DNA of 21,773 nt, filler included, from an uncultured virus (IMG/VR IMGVR_UViG_2061766007_000461) (taxonomy: Duplodnaviria; Heunggongvirae; Uroviricota; Caudoviricetes). It is 2 parts of one record of this genome, joined end to end, with 100 filler letters (N's around TTAATTAATTAA, not from the genome) between each part and the next. Parts side by side here need not be neighbours in the genome. Positions count along the whole stretch, not along the records: positions 10,616 to 21,773 come from IMGVR_UViG_2061766007_000461; 1 more part is not named here. One strand, written 5' to 3'. Position 1 is the first letter of the stretch, and each line of letters opens with the position of its first letter. The position numbers and the translations under genes are program-made. Under the pieces are notes generated by a model that did not search any database, had not been told where the DNA came from, and was given only the letters and a program-made list of their open reading frames with translations. This document shows, one piece after another, positions 15,833 to 21,773 of this stretch.

Positions 15833-16246
15833 TCAGAACGGCAAATCAGGCAGTTCATCCGTTTCGATCTGTTCCATGCCGCTCTGTTGATCTACCTTCG
15901 GCGCAGGGGTTATTGATACGGCTTCCTTCTGTACACCCTGACTCAGAAACTCAACCTCTTGCGCTAAAACATCCATAGACGCACCGTGTTTGCCGCTCTG
16001 CGTCTCGTAAGTGCGTAGGCTGATAGAACCCACAACCGCAACCTTCCGGCCTTTTATGAGCCATTTACCGCAGTTTTCGCCCAATGCGTTCCAAGCCGAT
16101 ATCCGGAAAAAATCCGCTTCAGGCTGTCCTTCAACCTTGCGGCGGCGATTGACAGCCACCGTAAAAGTCGTAACTGTTTTCCCGTTCTGTGTTGTCCTTA
16201 CCTCCGGGTCTGCTGTAAGATTTCCAATAATGGTCAACCGATTCAT
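15833..16246 (-). CDS. ssb: Single-stranded DNA-binding protein
   Basis: MNRLTIIGNLTADPEVRTT...FTVAVNRR...KGRKVAVVG...DLPF. Confidence 0.97.
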   Translation of the reverse strand: MNRLTIIGNLTADPEVRTTQNGKTVTTFTVAVNRRRKVEGQPEADFFRISAWNALGENCGKWLIKGRKVAVVGSISLRTYETQSGKHGASMDVLAQEVEFLSQGVQKEAVSITPAPKVDQQSGMEQIETDELPDLPF

Positions 16247-16249
16247 TTT

Positions 16250-16777
16250 TCAATCCTCCCAATCTGCTAACATATATGGACAGAGCAGTCCATTGTCATA
16301 ATCGTCCAGCGGCGAATAAGATATCAGGAACTTGTACAGCTTGCATTTCCGGCAACTCACATCGTCTTCCGTACAGCCCTTGCACCTTTCCCGTGCGCTG
16401 TCGATCAGCGTCATAGCGTCTTCCCGTGTCATAATCACGTTCTGAGCGCAGTGAGCGGCTTTCGGAATAATCCGCACATCAAAGTCCTTCATTATTCCGT
16501 GGAGCGTGTGCGCCTGACTCTGTGTTGTAGTTCCTATCAGGTCATCGGATATGGCCTTGAAGGATATCATGGCCTTGCGCATCCGCTTCCTTCCGTCCGG
16601 AATAGCATCCAGCCTTTTCGCCAACGCCTTTTCCCCATCCGCTGTCGTACAGAGCATCGCCAGCAACCACTTCATAGCGTTCAGCTCATTCCGGGTCATC
16701 CGTACACAGTCTTTTTCATCCAGCCAAACCCGTTCAGGGTCTGGTTCCGGGCGTGTCCGTGCTACAATCAATCTCAT
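16250..16777 (-). CDS. Conserved phage protein with C-terminal Cys cluster (175 aa)
   Basis: GGGAGG SD; ATGA overlap; CKGC...CRKC...CPY. Confidence 0.8.
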   Translation of the reverse strand: MRLIVARTRPEPDPERVWLDEKDCVRMTRNELNAMKWLLAMLCTTADGEKALAKRLDAIPDGRKRMRKAMISFKAISDDLIGTTTQSQAHTLHGIMKDFDVRIIPKAAHCAQNVIMTREDAMTLIDSARERCKGCTEDDVSCRKCKLYKFLISYSPLDDYDNGLLCPYMLADWED

Positions 16778-17166
16778 ACCTCCCGTATCTCAATTCCAAG
16801 CCGCCAGCGCAGGAGCTTCTTTTTGAGCTTGTAAACGTCCGTCCTGCATCCTTTCACATCCTCAACAACCCTATTCCAGCCGCCAAGCTTGTTCTTTTCC
16901 AGATATTCAAAATCAGCCCGATAATATACAGCCCTCTGAGCTATTTTCCCGTTGCTTCCCTCAAGCGTTGGAATCAGGCAATATTTCGGCTGAAGCTCCA
17001 AGCACCGTATCAATCCAGCCCGTTCCATGTATTTCAGCTCAATATATCGGTCAGCTTCCTTCTTTGAGTCAAATGTTATTCCGTCAACAACTGTCTTCCG
17101 ATTTCCGTACTTGGATTGAACATCGCCCATACCATTGATAAAGCTTCCTGCTGTTTTTCGATCCAT
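16774..17166 (-). CDS. DUF1064-family putative endonuclease
   Basis: SKYGNRKTVVDGITFDSKKEA...YRADFEY...VVEDVKG. Confidence 0.9.
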   Translation of the reverse strand: MDRKTAGSFINGMGDVQSKYGNRKTVVDGITFDSKKEADRYIELKYMERAGLIRCLELQPKYCLIPTLEGSNGKIAQRAVYYRADFEYLEKNKLGGWNRVVEDVKGCRTDVYKLKKKLLRWRLGIEIREV

Positions 17167-18188
17167 TCCAGCCGCACCTTCATCCTCTCAATCTTTTCTG
17201 TCAGCTCATCCTTTTCCCGCTTCAGGATTCCGTACTTTTCCTCAAACTGCTCTTTAATATCCGGCAGTGCGCTCTGATTGTTCTCCGGCAAGCTTCCCAC
17301 ATTTCCTTCCGGGCTTCCCGGCTCCGCTTCCGTATATGCCGGGTTCCCCTCATCGTTATCCGGATTGCCCTCAGAACCGCCTTCACCCAGTCCTTCAAGG
17401 AACTCTTCCACGCTGATCTCATCCGCTTCCTCCATTTTCCTCACCTCAATCTCTCCGTATGCTTTCTTCCAGCAAGCAAGCCTGTTCTTTGCCACCGCAA
17501 GCTTGGTTCCGTGATGTTCCATAAGCCACCCAATCGGGTCACCGCTTTCCATCGCTTCACGGTACTCTTTCTTCGCCATTTCCGTGCTTCTTCTGTGGGT
17601 TTCCACATCCTTTCGGTGAATCTTTATATCAGCCGGGAACAGTTCCGGATAATGTATTCTCCAAGAACTCACCCGTGAGTAAGCCGTGTTCCTTTCAACT
17701 CCGAATTTTTTCATCACATATTCAATAGGGTTCCCGCTGGCTATAGCTTCCCGGCACTCCGCTTTCGCTTGTTCCCGCTGTATATACTGAACCTCTCCGC
17801 ACTTCTTGGCTTTTTCAAAATAATCCGGATAAAGGTTCCTCCACCTCCGCACAGTTTCATTGGCGCAGTGCCGTGTCCTTCCGTGATCTATCAGCCATTG
17901 TTTCGGGTCACCGCTGGCAATCGCTTCCATCATCGTGTTCCAGCTTTTTTTCTGTGCCGGATGGTTGAAAACTGGTTCCGCAATCTCTTTCTTCGGCTCC
18001 GTCTGTCCGTCCAGAATCACCCAAACCCGCTGTCCCGTCTGACAGCCGCTGACCCCCGGACAGTTCAAGCACTCCATGTACCAGTCAGCCTTGTGCTGGT
18101 TCTTCGGGCAAGCGTATTTTTTCAACGCTTCCAAGCCCAGATTGCTGATTTTCTCTTCCTGCTTTTCCATCTGAATAGCCCTCCTCAT
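17076..18188 (-). CDS. Phage protein with N-terminal Cys cluster, three helical repeats and a coiled-coil tail
   Basis: Three copies of EA(I/M)xSG(D/N)P...W(R/K)xxY; likely start 18170 after GAGGAGG. Confidence 0.8.
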   Translation of the reverse strand: MRRAIQMEKQEEKISNLGLEALKKYACPKNQHKADWYMECLNCPGVSGCQTGQRVWVILDGQTEPKKEIAEPVFNHPAQKKSWNTMMEAIASGDPKQWLIDHGRTRHCANETVRRWRNLYPDYFEKAKKCGEVQYIQREQAKAECREAIASGNPIEYVMKKFGVERNTAYSRVSSWRIHYPELFPADIKIHRKDVETHRRSTEMAKKEYREAMESGDPIGWLMEHHGTKLAVAKNRLACWKKAYGEIEVRKMEEADEISVEEFLEGLGEGGSEGNPDNDEGNPAYTEAEPGSPEGNVGSLPENNQSALPDIKEQFEEKYGILKREKDELTEKIERMKVRLEWIEKQQEALSMVWAMFNPSTEIGRQLLTE

Positions 18189-18190
18189 TT

Positions 18191-18408
18191 TTATGCTTGA
18201 CCAAGTTCTTCACGCTTTTGCTTTTCCTGTTCCTCTTGACACATCTGGACGAAATTTTGCATCACAATCTCATCCAAGCCTTCATAGCTCCGCTGTCCTT
18301 CGTAATGCGACCAGTCCTTTTTCCCGGATGACTTCCCGGAGGAATGACTGAATGTTTCCCGCTTTTCCCACGTTCTCACAGCGGCTTTCCAGTCCTTCAT
18401 CGGCTGGG
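18191..18408 (-). CDS. C-terminal fragment of a phage replication protein
   Basis: PMKDWKAAVRTWEKR motif typical of replisome-organiser C-termini. Confidence 0.75.
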
Positions 18409-18418
18409 NNNNNNNNNN

Positions 18419-18552
18419 TGGCAGTTCTCTCCAAGCTCGCGCCACGCGGAGATATTGAAAAAGTCTGCCTCCTGATTCTGGGTCTGGCTGTTCTTCCGTC
18501 TGTTCACGGCGACCGTGAAACTGCATACTGAGATGCCTGTCTGCGTCGCCCG
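18419..18552 (-). CDS. ssb: Internal N-terminal fragment of the second SSB
   Basis: RATQTGISVCSFTVAVNRR...ADFFNISAWRELGENC. Confidence 0.85.
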
Positions 18553-18627
18553 NNNNNNNNNNNNNNNNNNNNNNNNNNNNNNNNNNNNNNNNNNNNNNNN
18601 NNNNNNNNNNNNNNNNNNNNNNNNNNN

Positions 18628-18943
18628 GCCCGTCTTCTCATAGGCCTCATCCACGATTTCCTGATCTTCGATACATGTCACTACCTGCCGGTCAATCTCT
18701 TTCAACAGGTCAGCGGCCTTGTCTGCGTCCCATCCGTGATGCTCGCACATGGTGATGAGGATCGCGGCGTATATCACGTGAAAACAGAACTGCTCCGTGT
18801 CCTCTTTACCTTGCGTCCATCCGTCCTTGTGAGCGTCCTGCAAATCATCCAGCGTGATGCCGTTCCGGAAGAGCATCGCCTGTTTCCGTTCCGTGGAGGT
18901 CGCAGCAACCTCCATCAGGAACTTTTTATCATTCCGGGCCTTT
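18628..18943 (-). CDS. Hypothetical phage protein fragment
   Basis: Open between two gaps; LFRNGITLDDL...YAAILI. Confidence 0.7.
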
Positions 18944-18987
18944 NNNNNNNNNNNNNNNNNNNNNNNNNNNNNNNNNNNNNNNNNNNN

Positions 18988-19361
18988 ATCTCGATCCCCT
19001 TGAAATAGCGCATCAGCTTTTTCTTCAGCCGGTACAGATCGGTCTTGGTGGCCTCGCTCTTCGCATCCTCGACAACCAGATTGCCCACCCGGTCGAAGTA
19101 AACGAAATCTGCGATATAGTTCACGGCCCGCTCGACAACCCTCCCGGATGCGTCAACCTGTCTCGGCAGCAACTCAAACTTGACCTGTCGATCCAGATCC
19201 CGGATGTGTCCAACCCGCTCCATCAGCTTCAGCTCGGCCCATCTCTCGGCCTCATGCTTGCTGTCGAAGCTGATCCCGTCCAGCTCTGTTTTCTGGCTGT
19301 GATACTTGCTCTGCTTCTGGCCGAGCAGCCGGTTCGCCTCGGATTTTGATAATCTGATCAT
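18988..19361 (-). CDS. Second DUF1064-family putative endonuclease
   Basis: SKYHSQKTELDGISFDSKHEA...YIADFVY...VVEDAKS; GGAGG SD; stop in a gap. Confidence 0.9.
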
Positions 19362-19469
19362 CGCTTGCCTCCGGAGACCATATTGGGATGCCAAACAGGT
19401 TGCACCAAACCCCGTGCTGTGTACGCTTGCGCCGTGCGTACTCGCAGCCGGAGCAGTGCTTCCCACACT

Positions 19470-19931
19470 TCAGGGGCTCAGTTCGATACATGACGTTCTG
19501 ATGAACCCGCGAGTGGTCACGGCCCATTCGGAAGTGATCGCCCACACAGTCAATTCCGCACATGTCCGCGCCCACGCTTTTCGCGGGCCATTCACCCATC
19601 TCCGGCAGGCAACGCGTCCGTTGGCGCAAATGATGTACGGATCGCCGTCCGGGATGATCTCAGGTTCCTCAAACACCACATATCCGGCATATACCCAGCC
19701 TTCGCTCTCTTCGAAGCTCAGGCCTGTGCAGTGCAGGAAACCGCCTCTTTTTTTGCCGTCCGTCCGGATCTCGTCTCCCAGCTCCAACCGCCCGAGCGCC
19801 GGGGTCGCTTTTGAGGCCCCGGCCCGGGCAAACACGTAGGAGTCAGGCTGGCAGAAGATCCATGCACCCTGCGCTGACGCGCTCTGAATGATAATCAGCA
19901 TCAGGATGAACATGATTGCCCACTTCTTCAC
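19470..19931 (-). CDS. Signal-peptide protein with SH3b-like domains
   Basis: MKKWAIMFILMLIIIQSASA signal; VFARAGASK...LGRL...GWVYAGYV; second repeat ending WAVTTRGFI. Confidence 0.7.
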   Translation of the reverse strand: MKKWAIMFILMLIIIQSASAQGAWIFCQPDSYVFARAGASKATPALGRLELGDEIRTDGKKRGGFLHCTGLSFEESEGWVYAGYVVFEEPEIIPDGDPYIICANGRVACRRWVNGPRKAWARTCAELTVWAITSEWAVTTRGFIRTSCIELSP

Positions 19932-20696
19932 TATCCAACCCCCGCTTTCGATTCGTGTTCTGCTTTCCTGCGTTCACGCGCCTCCCGCATGCGGTCAACG
20001 TCTTCATGGGAGTCCACCACATACAACCCTTGGCCTTTTGCCGCAAACCGCATCGCGGTCAGCTCCTCGGCCTCTTCCGGGGTCGTTACGTGCTCGAATT
20101 GCCAGTCATCAAAGATCTTGGTTACGTACTTCACGAGGTTCAGGGCGTGGTTCTCAGCAGCCGTCTTGATTGCCAGTGCTACCATGCCGGGAGAAAGCCC
20201 GAAGAGCTGGGCCCGGGTGGCGATTTGTGCGATCTCTGCCGGTGCAGCCTTTCTCCCACACTGAGCCTCTACCGCTGTTTCGACAGCAGATTTCCATTCC
20301 GTCTCTTCCTCGCGCGCGCCCGCACTGTAGTTGTCTTCATCATCATCTTCATCATCAATATATTTCTGATTCTGATTCTGATTCTTATTGTCAGCATTTG
20401 CTTCGGTTTGCTTGTTTCCGGAAGCAAAATAAGCATTTGCTTGATTTGCTTCATTTTGCTTCTTCGGGCGTTGCATGCCGCCCTTGCGCCCAGCCTCAGA
20501 GCGTTTGCTTNNNNNNNNNNNNNNNNNNNNNNNNNNAAATCGCGAAGCTGCCTACCAATGTGCTGGGCAAGTCCGGTTCTTTGCCTGTCATGGTGTATGA
20601 CCATAGTGCCTTGACAAGTTGCCCGGCCTCTTCATCAGAGAGGCTCAGGAACGCAGCCCCCCACACGTTGCGAGCCTTGAACCAATCTTTCATCAT
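19931..20696 (-). CDS. Phage replication initiator (DUF6291-like N-terminus, DnaD-like C-terminus), gapped
   Basis: LSDEEAGQLVKAL; KRSEAGRKGG; KNQNQNQ linker; VKYVTKIFDDW...VTTPEEA. Confidence 0.85.
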
Positions 20697-21067
20697 CACG
20701 CCACCTTTTCGAAGCCCGGAATCAGGCTGACTATTAACGCACCCGTCAGATCCTTTGTGCAATTCAGGTACTCACCAATGAGGCCCTGAGGGAATCCGGC
20801 TTTCAGAATCCCCAACATCTTGCTGCCGTTCTCAATCCTCTTGGCCCGGCTCTCACAGACCGTCGTGAGTTTCCAGTCCCCGCCGGGAGTTATTTTCATG
20901 ATCCGGCGTTCCCGGTTGATGGAGATATGGACGCTTGTCACGCCTTCACCCATCAGCTCCATCGCTCCGGCGCTCAGGTAGAGGATCCGGGGTGTGAACC
21001 GGATATATTCCTTGACTCCCGCTGGCGGGTGATACCGCCTCTTGTGTGGCTCTGCCTTAACGAACAT
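20696..21067 (-). CDS. Hypothetical phage protein (123 aa)
   Basis: AAGGAGG SD before ATG 21067; stop overlaps the next start. Confidence 0.75.
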   Translation of the reverse strand: MFVKAEPHKRRYHPPAGVKEYIRFTPRILYLSAGAMELMGEGVTSVHISINRERRIMKITPGGDWKLTTVCESRAKRIENGSKMLGILKAGFPQGLIGEYLNCTKDLTGALIVSLIPGFEKVA

Positions 21068-21107
21068 TGTTGATACCTCCTTGTGTAATATGGAATCCAT
21101 GCCTTGA

Positions 21108-21773
21108 TTTTCGCTGCTCCGCTTTGCCTCTGCCCTGTCTCTCCATGCAATGCCGTTTCAACTCTTGGCCGTGCTATGCCATATCAATGCCGCTCCTCGC
21201 CTTGCCGCAGCATTGCTCTTCTTTTCTGTTCTATGCGTTGCCCCAGCCCCGCTCAGCCCTTCCGTTGCAATTCGGTTCGTGGCCCTGCCTTTCCAATGCC
21301 TTGCGTCTCATTTCCGATGCGTATCAAACCACTGCCTTTCCGAGGCCCTGCCGCTCTATTCCATTCACTTCCCCCGGCCCGGCGAATCTCCGCGCTGCTA
21401 TGCCGGTGCTGATCCTAACTGAGCNNNNNNNNNNNNNNNNNNNNNNNNNNNNNNNNNNNNNNNNNNNNNNNNNNNNNNNNNNNNNNNNNNNNNNNNNNNN
21501 NNNNNNNNTCAATTCCATTGCGTTACTTGTCCAATCGCTGCTTTGCCAATGCTTATCATTTCCAATCGTTGCTTCTCCGCCGCGTGGCATGTCTATGCAA
21601 TTCCTCCGCATTGCAAAACTCTTCTGTTCCTTTCCGCTGCGGTTCTGTACGCTGCTTTTCCGCTGCTGCTCAGCTCGACACCCTTCCATGGCCGTGCATT
21701 TCCCATCGACTCCCCGCATCTCCGCTGCCCATCGCATTCTCTCTGCACCATGCACATCCCATGCCCTTCGGCT
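21108..21773 (-). repeat. Degenerate pentamer-lattice array with 5n+1-nt units
   Basis: The plus strand parses into NN-T-(G/T)-C-like pentamers with a C at almost every fifth base and one extra base per unit. Runs off the right edge. Strand assumed from neighbouring genes. Confidence 0.85.

Larger units (their letters stand above)
1..21773. mobile_element. Temperate phage/prophage sequence, probably a chimeric scaffold of related phages
   Basis: Integrase plus tRNA att core, holin, tail fibres, SSB, DnaD-type initiator, DUF1064 and RinA-like regulator. No host housekeeping genes. Many N gaps and duplicated modules. Confidence 0.9.

Noticed and set aside
18397..19466. Track ORFs 18397..18915 and 18915..19466 as single genes
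   Set aside because: Each joins unrelated fragments through N runs.
19252..19491. Cys-rich ORF MYRTEPLKCGKHC...
   Set aside because: It overlaps DUF1064 by about 110 nt and has no clear SD; possible but unsupported.
21104..21755. Cys/Pro/Arg-rich ORFs in several frames
   Set aside because: The 5-nt periodicity with +1 slips explains the odd composition and scarcity of stops; no credible protein family.

Overview
This is a heavily gapped scaffold of temperate-phage DNA, probably from a Clostridia-type Firmicute host (inferred from gene families and SD motifs). It likely mixes contigs from at least two related phages: there are two ssb genes (one split), two DUF1064 genes, and a TTAATTAATTAA linker at 10560-10571. 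From left to right it holds: a tyrosine integrase with a 3'-half tRNA-Met att core; a minus-strand early/accessory block (ArdC-like, RHH-like, Xis-like HTH, second XerD-like recombinase); tail-end, holin and HTH genes; two tail-fibre genes, one with a NodB deacetylase tip; and a long minus-strand replication/accessory operon (Zn-finger small ORFs, RinA/ArpU-like regulator, SSB, DUF1064, SH3 protein, DUF6291/DnaD initiator). Four non-coding signals stand out. (1) 21108-21773 is a pentamer lattice (G-M-A-N-N on the minus strand) cut into 5n+1-nt units, resembling a gapped-code guide-RNA array. (2) About a dozen 11-6-11 dif-like sites bound AT-richer gene cassettes, including an in-frame tail-tip cassette, suggesting tyrosine-recombinase cassette shuffling. 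(3) A tRNA-shaped ncRNA at 12021-12145 has a kissing-hairpin domain in place of the anticodon arm. (4) A 199-nt-period repeat with conserved blocks lies at 7004-7381. All calls were made by eye, with no database searches.
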